From: an uncultured Elusimicrobia bacterium
GTDB taxonomy: Bacteria; RUG730
Direction: 5' to 3'
DNA: 62,347 bases
Assembly: GCA_900321865.1 (NCBI GenBank)
Contig: ONXP01000020.1
Location: forward strand, 1-62,347
Shown: one piece after another, positions 19,055 to 28,411 of the stretch
Numbering within the stretch: the stretch's first letter is position 1
Layout: each line of letters opens with the position of its first letter
The notes under the pieces: generated by a model
What the model saw: the letters and a program-made list of their open reading frames with translations, nothing else
Told to the model about the DNA's origin: nothing
Database searches by the model: none
Translations under genes and position numbers: made by a program

Positions 19055-20512
19055 ATGAAATATTTTGATTATATTATTTTTTCTATATCTATTCTTTTAA
19101 TGATTAGTGTTTTTGCCAGTAAACTTTCTAGCAAGATAAGTTTGCCACTGCTTATAACATTTTTAGGTATAGGGATGTTGGCAGGATCAGAAGGAATAGG
19201 AAAAATATATTTTGACGATATAAAATTTGCTCAAAATTTAGGAATAATCGCTCTTGCTATAATTCTTTTCTCTGGCGGTTTTTTTGCAGAACATAAGTAT
19301 ATTAAAAATATTTTAAAAAAAGGTATTAGTTTATCTACTATCGGAGTTTTATTAACTTGCATAATAACAGCAATTTTTGCAAAAATTTTATTAAAAATAG
19401 ATATTAAAAATGCTCTTTTAATAGGATCTATTTTATCCTCTACTGATGCTTCTGCTGTTTTTTCCATCCTTAGATCAAAAAATATCAGTTTAAAAGGTGA
19501 TATAAAGCCTCTTTTAGAGTTTGAATCGTCTAGCAATGACCCCATAGCTTTTATCCTAACAATAATCTCTGTCAGCCTATTAACTAATGCCCAGGTTGAT
19601 ACTATAGACATTTTTTTACTTTTAATAAAAAAAATTGTTTTAGGGTTACTCATAGGTTTTAGTTTTGGCAAATTTTTAATAAAAATTTTAAATAGTTTAA
19701 AGCTAGAATATTACGGACTATATGCGACTTTTAGTCTGGCTAGCATTCTTTTTACATATTACACGTCTGAATTTTTTGATGGAAATGGATTTTTAGCCGT
19801 GTATATTTTAGGGCTTACCATATCCAATAAAAACTTTTTTTGGAAAAAATTTCTATTAGATTTTTATGAATCAATAAATATGCTTATGCAAATATTAATA
19901 TTTTTAATGCTAGGACTTTTAATTTTTCCAAGTAAGCTAATATTATCTTGGAAATCTAGTTTAATACTTTCAAGCATATTAATTTTTATCTCAAGACCGA
20001 TAGCTATTTTTTTATCTCTTTCTTTATCAAAAATCTCTGTCAAGGAAAAACTTTTAATTTCCTGGGTAGGACTAAAAGGAGCAGCACCTATTGTTCTTGC
20101 GACTTTTCCAGTAACAAATAACATTAAAGGAGCCTATGATATTTTTAATATAATATTTTTTGCTGTTTGTATATCCTGCATTGTGCAGGGTTCTAGTATT
20201 AATTATTTAGCAAAAATATTAAAATTAACTGCTCCTTATAAAAATAAATCTCACCATCCGATAGAAATAGAAGAGTCAAATAATTTAGATGCAAATCTCT
20301 TTGAATGTAATATTGACGATAAAAATGAAATTGTAGGTAAAGCTATATCAGAATTAGTTTTTCCACAAAATACTTTAGTTTTATTAATATTTAGAGACCA
20401 GAAATATGTCATAGTAAAAGGAAACACCGTAATCAAGCCAAATGATACTTTGATTTTTTTAGCCAACCAAAAAGATTTTCTTGAAATAAAAAAAACTTTG
20501 CTTATAATTTAA
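19055..20512 (+). CDS. CPA1-family K+(Na+)/H+ antiporter with C-terminal RCK_C domain (NhaP2-like)
   Basis: About 12 TM segments form a Na_H exchanger domain (LESSSNDP-type motif FESSSNDPIAF). The soluble C-terminal ~80 aa look like TrkA_C. Confidence 0.75.
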   Translation: MKYFDYIIFSISILLMISVFASKLSSKISLPLLITFLGIGMLAGSEGIGKIYFDDIKFAQNLGIIALAIILFSGGFFAEHKYIKNILKKGISLSTIGVLLTCIITAIFAKILLKIDIKNALLIGSILSSTDASAVFSILRSKNISLKGDIKPLLEFESSSNDPIAFILTIISVSLLTNAQVDTIDIFLLLIKKIVLGLLIGFSFGKFLIKILNSLKLEYYGLYATFSLASILFTYYTSEFFDGNGFLAVYILGLTISNKNFFWKKFLLDFYESINMLMQILIFLMLGLLIFPSKLILSWKSSLILSSILIFISRPIAIFLSLSLSKISVKEKLLISWVGLKGAAPIVLATFPVTNNIKGAYDIFNIIFFAVCISCIVQGSSINYLAKILKLTAPYKNKSHHPIEIEESNNLDANLFECNIDDKNEIVGKAISELVFPQNTLVLLIFRDQKYVIVKGNTVIKPNDTLIFLANQKDFLEIKKTLLII

Positions 20513-20549
20513 AAAATTTTTGATTTTAAAAACTTAATATTATGATTTT

Positions 20550-21350
20550 ATGATTAAAAAACTTCTATTATTCTTTTTATTTTTTAATACAATCAAACTT
20601 TTTTCTGCTTTTGAATATAAAAGTCCATCTGCCCAGTCATCTAGCCTTGCTGAAATAAAAACTGTAATAGATCCTGAGCCAGAAGCTATATTTTTTAACT
20701 CTAGCCTTTTGCCAGACAAAAGAAGCCTTGGAACTTTTTACTCCGATATTTTGAATATTAAAGAGCTAGCTAATAGCTCTATTTCTACATCTTATCCGTT
20801 TAAGCTTGGGACTTTTGCTATAGGTTTTATGAATTTTGGGGATACATCTCTTTATATAGAGAGAACTTTTGCCTTAGGATATAAAATTCAGCATAAAAAT
20901 TGTAATTTTGGGATAACTTTTAAAAATTTGCAATTAGAAATTGCGGAAATGCAGGAAAAAGGCTCATATTTTTCGATGGATATAGCTGGAAATTTTAAAT
21001 ATAACAATTTTTTTAGTTTTGGAATATGCCTTTTGAATTTCACTAGAACTAAAATAGGAAAATACTATAAAGAAGAACTTTTTTCTGATATTAATTTTGG
21101 ACTAAAATATACCCCTAGCAAAAATATAGATTTTTTCTATGAAATAACTAAAGAAAATGATTATAAAAAAGATGAAAAAATTGCTACACAAATTACTCTT
21201 TTTGATTATATGAAAATAAGATGTGGTTTTTCAAAAAATATTGATGCTATAAATTTAGGCTTTGGTATTAAAAATATTTTTGATTATGCATTAAAATATC
21301 ATTTTGTTCTGGGACAAACTCATATTTTTACTTTAAATTTATATTTTTGA
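20550..21350 (+). CDS. Predicted small outer-membrane beta-barrel protein (266 aa)
   Basis: It has a signal peptide (LLLFFLFFNTIKLFSA) and an alternating amphipathic strand pattern. An EAIFFNSSLL segment is reminiscent of the NPA motif of FadL/PorV-like barrels. The aromatic C-terminus reads ...FTLNLYF. Confidence 0.55.
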   Translation: MIKKLLLFFLFFNTIKLFSAFEYKSPSAQSSSLAEIKTVIDPEPEAIFFNSSLLPDKRSLGTFYSDILNIKELANSSISTSYPFKLGTFAIGFMNFGDTSLYIERTFALGYKIQHKNCNFGITFKNLQLEIAEMQEKGSYFSMDIAGNFKYNNFFSFGICLLNFTRTKIGKYYKEELFSDINFGLKYTPSKNIDFFYEITKENDYKKDEKIATQITLFDYMKIRCGFSKNIDAINLGFGIKNIFDYALKYHFVLGQTHIFTLNLYF

Positions 21351-21397
21351 TTAATATAATTATTGATTAAAGTTTTAATTAAAATTTTAGAGTAAAT

Positions 21398-24300
21398 ATG
21401 TCCTTTAAAAAAACATTTCTTTTTTTTATTTTTATAATTCTAGCATACATATCACTTATAGGGATAAATTGCCCTAAAAAATATTTAAAAATTTTAAATC
21501 AAAATTGTCAAAAAAATATTCTTAGTTCTTCTTTAAACATAGAAAAAATAAAATTTATTTTTCCAAATACTTTGCAAATAAATTGTGATATAACTAATAC
21601 TTGTTATAGCATAAATTTACAAAAACTAAAACTAAAAATAGACTTATTAAAAATTATACAAAAAAATAAGAAACTAATTTCTGAATTCAAAAATCCAAAA
21701 AACTTAGCAAAATATTTATCAAAAATTAAAATTAAAAACTTTGATATTTTAATAAAAAAGTCTTTTAAAGAAAGACAACCAAAAAATATAGAAGAAGATA
21801 CTTTTACATTTACAAAAATATTTAACGAGATTTTTGGGTTCGACAAATTTAATATAGAAATAAAAGTTTTTAGAATTTTTAATAACGATATTGATTTTTT
21901 TTACAATAAACATCATAAAATCTTTTATTTTATCAAAAATATTTTGGTTTATAAAAATATTTTAGGAAAAGAAATTATAATAAAAGATATTTTTGTTAAG
22001 AAAAAATTTTTAAACGATTTCTTAATCTTTGAATTTAATATAGAAAATTTCTTTATAAAAACAAAAATTTATAAAAATAAAGATGTTTTTTTTATCTTGT
22101 CAAATAAAATAAAAAATAAATTTGTAAAGTATTTAAATACAAACCTAAATTCTTTAGAATATAAAATTCTAACATCAAAAATTTTATCAAACAAAATAAA
22201 AAATATTTTTAAAAATTCTAAATTATTTTTATTAAAAATTTTAAGTCTAACAAAAATTAAACAATCAGACTATAAAGTCTTAAAAAATATTTTAAATTTT
22301 TATAATTTAAACTGCAAAATAAGTGGAAATATTCTATGTAATTTTAGTATTTTTTTTAATTTAGAAAATATACTAAAAAATAAAAACAAATACTCAGCGT
22401 ATGGAAATATTTTAGCAAATATAAATTTGAAATATAAAAATTTATTGATAGAAAATATTAAATTTAATGCGAACATAAATCAAAAAATTTTTGCAATAAA
22501 TAAGGGCTCTTTTAAAATAAATAATGCTGATGGCTTTTTTAAAATAATCTCTAAAAATATTTTTGATCTTCCAAACACAATAGAATTAAATATTTTTAAT
22601 CTAAATATCATTAATCTTCTTAATAAAAATTTAGTTAAATTTATAGAATTTAAAAATGATTTAAAAATAAATTTATCCTTAAATAATAATAAAAAATATT
22701 TTGGTAAAATATCTCTCAAAAACAATTTTATTAAAATAAATCAAAAACATATAAAACTAAAAAATATAAATTTTGAAATAGACAATAATAAAATTGATTT
22801 ACAAAACATTCCAATATTATCCATCAATAAAAAAAATTTGCTCTTTTTAAATAGTTCCATTGATTTAGAAAAATTTATAAATTTATCTGTTTTTATAGCC
22901 AAACCAATGCAAATAAAAAATATTATAAATTTTGAGAATATAAAATTAAATTTAAAAAAAATTAAACAAAACAAAATTTTAAAAGAAAATGATTTTATAA
23001 ATAAAATTTACGAATATTTATTAAATATTAATTTGGACACTTTTTTTATAAATTTTGGACAAAATTTTAACGATAAAAAATTTATTCTTTCTTCAAAGAG
23101 TTCTTTTTTTTATAAAAATCAAAAAATTTTTTTTGAAATTAAAAATCCAAAGGATGATATTTTGGAATTTGATTTTTCAAAAAATGAAAAAAGTTTTTAT
23201 TATTTAAAGATTAAAATTTTACCTAAATATTTTAAAATAATAGATTTTTATTTATTCGACAAAAAAACAGAACTTTATGATAATAAAAATTTTATTTTTA
23301 TAAATGCTAAAGATTTTCCTTTTTATATAAAAAACAAAGACTTTTATTTATCTTTTAAATTAAACATTTCTAAGAAAAACCCTAATATTTCTGCTTTTTT
23401 TAAAATTTACAATGACAATATCAATTTTTCAGGTGAGATAAAATATCAAGATAATTTATTGGAATTTAATAAAGTTCTTATTAATAAAACTATTTTTTAT
23501 GGATTTTACAATTTTAATAACAAAAATTATGAATTTAGGCTTAATGCAAAAGACTTATTTTTAGAAAGATTTTTTTATTATTTTGATTCTTTGATTGACA
23601 ATAAATTTTTAAAAATTCTAAAAAAACAAAAATTGATTTTAAATGGAAATTTTAATATAAAAAAATTTTTTGATGAATACAAACTTAATACTGACTTTTT
23701 ATTTACTAATTTACATAAAGAAAAAATTCTACAAATAATTTTTGATGACAAAACTAAAAATATTGATTTTTTTCAATCAAACATAAAAAAAATATCAATT
23801 ATTTTAGATAACCCTTCTTTTAATTCTATAAATTTTAAAAAAGATAAACAAAAAAATTTTCTTATAAATGGAACTGTTAAAAATCTTTTATATAAAAATT
23901 TTGATATTTCATGTAATTTAAAAAGCGATATAAATATAAGTAATATAAATACGATTTTTTTTGAAGCAAAAAATATTAAAATCAATAATGATTTTTTTCA
24001 ATATTTTTACTTTTACATCGATTTTTTTAAAAATACTATAAATTTAAAGGAATTTTCTTTAGAAAATAAAATTAATGGAAATATAAAAAAAGAAAAAAAT
24101 TCACTATATGGAAAAATTAATTTTTTTAATTTAGATCTCAAAAACTTTTTTAATGCAAAAGAAATAAAGAATGTAATTTTAAATGGAAATTTTTTTCTTT
24201 CACAAAAAACATCGTCTATAAATGATTTAGAAATAAAAACTGATAATTTTGATATTTCATTAAACAAAAATGGAAATCTTTTAAAATTTTTGATAAATGG

Positions 24301-26863
24301 TTCTTTTTATAAAAATATTATCATCTTAAAAAATAGTAAAATATTTCTTAAACAAGATGAAAAAATTAATTTTTCTGCTAATTGCGATCTAAAAAAATCT
24401 TTTAACATAGATTTATTTTTAAAAAATATAAAATCTAACGAAATTAATAAGTTTATTAAAATTTCTGATGATATTTTTGATGGAGAAATAGAAAAAGGAA
24501 CTTTAAACATAAATTTGTCCAATCTAAAAAAAATAGAAATAAATCAAAGCTTTGATTTAAAAAATGCTAAAATTTTGACAATGAATGCAGAAAATATAGA
24601 AGGAAAATTGTTTTTTTATCCAAAACAAAACAAACTTGAAATAAAAAATATCACTATTTTGGAACAAAAAAATAACAAAAAAATCCATTTATTTATAAAA
24701 GAAAACAGCAATATTTTTTTTGATAAAAATGATATTATAATAAATCTTTTTATATATATGAAAAAATGGAATCTTCTTGGGATTAATAAAGGTCTAGGGA
24801 ATATTTCTCTTTTTATGCAAATAAATTCAAATAATTTGTCAGGACAAGCAGAATTTTCAAATTTTTGGATTTCTAATTATATTTTTAAAAATGAAATATT
24901 AAAATTTTCGCTAAAAAATAATATTTTAGATGTAGAAAATATCAAAAAAGATTGTTTCTTGGGACAAATTATTTTTGATAATGGAAATATAAATATAAAT
25001 AATTTTTTGTATCAAAATTTAAATGAAAATAAATTTTTATCGTGTAATGGTAAAATTTTCAAAAATAAAAATATAGATTTAGACATAAAAACTAAAAATT
25101 TTGAGGCAGAAATTATAACTAAAATTTTTTATATAGGCTTTTATATCTACGGAAAAACAAATTTAGACATAAAAATATCAGGAAATTTATTTTTGGATCC
25201 AGTAATAAGCATTAATTTTTCGTCAAACAATGGAAGTTTTGATATCTTAAATTTTGAGAAGCTAAATGGAAATGTTGTAATTAATAAAAATTCTATAACT
25301 ATAAAAAATATTTTTTTATCTTACAAAAATAAATACACTTTATTTTCCCATGGATATATTCCTTATCCATTATTAGACGAAGAAAAAAAATTTACAGATA
25401 AACAAAAAATGCTGATAAAAATTCAATCTCTAGGTGCAAATTTAGGAATTTTAGAAAAACTTTATCCTGACATTATAATAAAAGCAAACGGCGAAATTAA
25501 GTTTAATTTTGATTTAACAAATTCCCTTGATGATATGAAACTGGCTGGCAATATTTCTGTTTCAAAAGGTTCTATATTTTTTAAAGATGGTCTAAAAAAT
25601 ATACATCATATAAATTCCAGCATTAATATTCACGACAATAATTTACAAATAAAAACATTTGATGCTTCGTCTGGAAAAGGAAAAATCAAAGTTTTTGGCA
25701 ATATTTTATTAAAAGATTTAAAATTTAATTATTTTGACCTAGATATAAAAATTCCATCTAAAAAAGGCATAAAACTAGAACTAGACTCTTTAAAAATTCC
25801 TCAACAATCAATCGTAAAAATTTTCCCGTCAATATCAAGTAAAATCAATTTTTATGGCGATATAAAAATGATAGGAGACATAAATAAATATTTTTTAAAA
25901 GGGAAACTTTTCGTTTATAACACAAATTTTACATACAATAATAGCGATTCTAATATTGACTCAATAATTCAAGATTCTATTTTAGAAGGAATGAATTTTG
26001 ATTTAAATATAAAAACTCTTTCTAATGTTTGGTTTGAAAACAAATTTTGCAATTTAGCAATAGAAGGAAAAGCTAATTTTTTTGGACCAATAAATAATAT
26101 TGTAGTGAATACTAATATTAACTTTTTAAGAGGCGAAATTAATTATATGAATATCTATTTTAAAATAAAAGAAGGTGAATTTTCTTTGATTAATAACGAA
26201 CCTTTTTTAGCCTTAAAAGCAGAGACTACTATAAATAGATACGACGATACTTTTAATAGAAATATTGAAGATACTATAAAACTCAATATTGAAAAAAGCC
26301 ATATAAATAATATGAAATTTAAATTTGAATCACAAAATTTTCCAGCAACTACCCAAGAAGAAGCGATGTCTTTAGCCTTTTCAGGGCAAAATTCAGGACA
26401 AACAACTGCTGAAAAAGAAGAAAATATGAAACAAGAATTTTTTAGAATAATAGATAATACTATTACTGCTCCTCTTGCAAAAATTTTTTTACAATCTACC
26501 AGCTTAGTTGATTTTGTAAATTTTAATACTAATATTGCAAACAAAACTCTAAATAAACCTACTGATCCATATATTTTAGATAACAATAAAAGTTCTAACA
26601 TTTTATCTGGAAGTTCGTTAAAATTAGCGAAATATTTAAATTCTAAACTTTTTTTTAGTTATTCTTTATCTTTAAAAGAAAATAATTTTTCTAACAATAC
26701 AATTGATAATAAATTAATTTTGCAACATGAAATAGAAGCTAAACTAAAATTAAGAAAAAATTTATACCTAAAAGGTTTAATAGAATTAAATTCGGTTGAA
26801 AATTCTAGAAAAGAAAAACAACTAAGCCTAGAATATTCTTTTCCGGTTTTATTTAATAAATAG
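21398..26863 (+). CDS. TamB/AsmA-like giant envelope protein (1821 aa)
   Basis: There is a single N-terminal TM anchor (FLFFIFIILAYISLIGI), followed by a very long beta-rich body rich in N, K, I and F. The C-terminal region resembles DUF490/TamB (LKLAKYLNSKLFFSYSLSL...LSLEYSFPVLF). Confidence 0.65.
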   Translation: MSFKKTFLFFIFIILAYISLIGINCPKKYLKILNQNCQKNILSSSLNIEKIKFIFPNTLQINCDITNTCYSINLQKLKLKIDLLKIIQKNKKLISEFKNPKNLAKYLSKIKIKNFDILIKKSFKERQPKNIEEDTFTFTKIFNEIFGFDKFNIEIKVFRIFNNDIDFFYNKHHKIFYFIKNILVYKNILGKEIIIKDIFVKKKFLNDFLIFEFNIENFFIKTKIYKNKDVFFILSNKIKNKFVKYLNTNLNSLEYKILTSKILSNKIKNIFKNSKLFLLKILSLTKIKQSDYKVLKNILNFYNLNCKISGNILCNFSIFFNLENILKNKNKYSAYGNILANINLKYKNLLIENIKFNANINQKIFAINKGSFKINNADGFFKIISKNIFDLPNTIELNIFNLNIINLLNKNLVKFIEFKNDLKINLSLNNNKKYFGKISLKNNFIKINQKHIKLKNINFEIDNNKIDLQNIPILSINKKNLLFLNSSIDLEKFINLSVFIAKPMQIKNIINFENIKLNLKKIKQNKILKENDFINKIYEYLLNINLDTFFINFGQNFNDKKFILSSKSSFFYKNQKIFFEIKNPKDDILEFDFSKNEKSFYYLKIKILPKYFKIIDFYLFDKKTELYDNKNFIFINAKDFPFYIKNKDFYLSFKLNISKKNPNISAFFKIYNDNINFSGEIKYQDNLLEFNKVLINKTIFYGFYNFNNKNYEFRLNAKDLFLERFFYYFDSLIDNKFLKILKKQKLILNGNFNIKKFFDEYKLNTDFLFTNLHKEKILQIIFDDKTKNIDFFQSNIKKISIILDNPSFNSINFKKDKQKNFLINGTVKNLLYKNFDISCNLKSDINISNINTIFFEAKNIKINNDFFQYFYFYIDFFKNTINLKEFSLENKINGNIKKEKNSLYGKINFFNLDLKNFFNAKEIKNVILNGNFFLSQKTSSINDLEIKTDNFDISLNKNGNLLKFLINGSFYKNIIILKNSKIFLKQDEKINFSANCDLKKSFNIDLFLKNIKSNEINKFIKISDDIFDGEIEKGTLNINLSNLKKIEINQSFDLKNAKILTMNAENIEGKLFFYPKQNKLEIKNITILEQKNNKKIHLFIKENSNIFFDKNDIIINLFIYMKKWNLLGINKGLGNISLFMQINSNNLSGQAEFSNFWISNYIFKNEILKFSLKNNILDVENIKKDCFLGQIIFDNGNININNFLYQNLNENKFLSCNGKIFKNKNIDLDIKTKNFEAEIITKIFYIGFYIYGKTNLDIKISGNLFLDPVISINFSSNNGSFDILNFEKLNGNVVINKNSITIKNIFLSYKNKYTLFSHGYIPYPLLDEEKKFTDKQKMLIKIQSLGANLGILEKLYPDIIIKANGEIKFNFDLTNSLDDMKLAGNISVSKGSIFFKDGLKNIHHINSSINIHDNNLQIKTFDASSGKGKIKVFGNILLKDLKFNYFDLDIKIPSKKGIKLELDSLKIPQQSIVKIFPSISSKINFYGDIKMIGDINKYFLKGKLFVYNTNFTYNNSDSNIDSIIQDSILEGMNFDLNIKTLSNVWFENKFCNLAIEGKANFFGPINNIVVNTNINFLRGEINYMNIYFKIKEGEFSLINNEPFLALKAETTINRYDDTFNRNIEDTIKLNIEKSHINNMKFKFESQNFPATTQEEAMSLAFSGQNSGQTTAEKEENMKQEFFRIIDNTITAPLAKIFLQSTSLVDFVNFNTNIANKTLNKPTDPYILDNNKSSNILSGSSLKLAKYLNSKLFFSYSLSLKENNFSNNTIDNKLILQHEIEAKLKLRKNLYLKGLIELNSVENSRKEKQLSLEYSFPVLFNK

Positions 26864-26865
26864 AA

Positions 26866-27303
26866 ATGCAAAGCCAAAATTTTTATCTAATAAATTTTAA
26901 AGATGAAAATATAAAGAATTTAATAAATAACAAAATTTTCACAAATAAATATAATATTCTAAATTCAAATAACGATAAAAAATTTTTATTTGTTTTTGAG
27001 TTAGAAAAAGAAATAATAGGCTTTGTAGAAGCAATGATTATAACAAATATTAATGAATGTGAAATCTATTATATCGAAATATTAAAAGAATTTAGAGGAA
27101 AACATTTTGGTTATAATTTGTTAAGAAATTTCTTAAAAAAGTTAAAAAATTTAAATATTTTGTATGTATTTTTAGAAGTCAGAATTAATAATATTATAGC
27201 GATAAATCTTTATAAAAAATTAAATTTTCTGTATATTGGAACTAGAAAAAAATATTATTCTAATCCTACAGAAGATGCATATCTTATGAAAAAAGATATT
27301 TAA
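26866..27303 (+). CDS. rimI: GNAT N-acetyltransferase, RimI-like
   Basis: It has the acetyl-CoA binding core FRGKHFGYNLL. LEVRINNIIAINLYKKLNF...RKKYYSNPTEDAYLM matches the RimI pattern. Confidence 0.7.
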   Translation: MQSQNFYLINFKDENIKNLINNKIFTNKYNILNSNNDKKFLFVFELEKEIIGFVEAMIITNINECEIYYIEILKEFRGKHFGYNLLRNFLKKLKNLNILYVFLEVRINNIIAINLYKKLNFLYIGTRKKYYSNPTEDAYLMKKDI

Positions 27304-27322
27304 TTTTATTTTAGGAGGAAAA

Positions 27323-27793
27323 ATGACTTTAGGATTATTTTATGCAATGTTAGGTGCTGGAATAGCTGCATTTTTGGGCGGATTTGGCTCAAGTATTGGT
27401 ATAGGAATAGCAGGATCCAGTGCTAATGGAGTTTTAAGCGAAAAACCTGAAAAATTTGGAACAATGCTTTTATTTGTAGCATTGCCAGGAACCCAGGGGA
27501 TATACGGATTTTTGACAGCATTTTTGATTATTTTAAAGGTAAAACTTTTATCTACCCCTATAGATATTTCTGCTGTCCAAGGTTTACAAATTTTAGCTAG
27601 TAGTCTGCCAGTAGGAATAGCAGGCCTTGCATCAGGAATTTGGCAAGGAAAAGTTTGCTCTGCTGGAGTAGCTGTTGCAGCTAAAAAACCAGAAGCCAGT
27701 ATGAAAGGTTTAGTTTATGCAGCGATGGTAGAAACTTATGCTGTTTTAGGACTGGTTATCAGCTATTTTCTTTTAAATGGAGTATCTTTATAA
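27323..27793 (+). CDS. ntpK: V-type ATPase proteolipid subunit K (double-hairpin c subunit, 156 aa)
   Basis: It closely resembles Enterococcus hirae NtpK as I recall it, and has the same length. PEKFG, LPGTQGIYGF, GIWQGKV, AKKPE and AAMVETYAVLG are all present. TAGGAGG lies upstream. Confidence 0.88.
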   Translation: MTLGLFYAMLGAGIAAFLGGFGSSIGIGIAGSSANGVLSEKPEKFGTMLLFVALPGTQGIYGFLTAFLIILKVKLLSTPIDISAVQGLQILASSLPVGIAGLASGIWQGKVCSAGVAVAAKKPEASMKGLVYAAMVETYAVLGLVISYFLLNGVSL

Positions 27794-27796
27794 AAT

Positions 27797-28411
27797 ATGT
27801 CTATAGAAAATTTGTTAAAAAAAATTAATGAAAAAGATTTACTTCTTCAAGAAAAAATAAAAAAAGAAATTGAAGAAGAAAAAAACAATATTTGTAATAT
27901 TTTAAACAATGAATTTGAAACTTTTAAAAAAACTTCTAGAATAAATTTTCAAAGAAAATTAGAAAATTTAAAAAATTCCAAGGAAACAGAATTAGAAAGT
28001 TTTAAACAAAAAAAACTTTTAGAAATAAAAAGAGAAATTTTAAAATCTGTTTTAGATGATTTTTTTAATAATTTAAAACTTTTTGATAAAGAAAAATACT
28101 TTAATTGTATTAAAAAATTATTAGAAAAATTAAAAAGTTGTGTTGATTTTAATTCAAAAAGTAAAATTTCTATAGGAAATGATTTGGAATGTTTTTCAAA
28201 AGACAAAAATTTTGAGAATGAAATAAAATCTTTTATAAAAAAGACTTATGATTTTGATGAAAAAAATATTTTTTTTGATAAAAATATAATTTTTGGAATT
28301 AGCTATAGTGAAGATAAAATAAATATTGATTTATCTTATGATTCTATAGTCTCAGAAATTTCAACAAAATATGAAATAGAAATATCTAAAATATTATTTG
28401 GAAATAAATAA
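27797..28411 (+). CDS. ntpE: V-type ATPase subunit E (peripheral stalk)
   Basis: A ~100-aa charged coiled-coil N-terminus is followed by a globular C-terminus ending ...EIEISKILFG. Size and position after ntpK fit subunit E. Confidence 0.6.
   Translation: MSIENLLKKINEKDLLLQEKIKKEIEEEKNNICNILNNEFETFKKTSRINFQRKLENLKNSKETELESFKQKKLLEIKREILKSVLDDFFNNLKLFDKEKYFNCIKKLLEKLKSCVDFNSKSKISIGNDLECFSKDKNFENEIKSFIKKTYDFDEKNIFFDKNIIFGISYSEDKINIDLSYDSIVSEISTKYEIEISKILFGNK

Noticed and set aside
27323-28411. I considered whether the V-ATPase K ring and E stalk functionally energise the adjacent TamB-like lipid bridge.
   Set aside because: This is pure speculation from adjacency. RimI lies in between, no precedent is known to me, and genome compaction explains the adjacency equally well.
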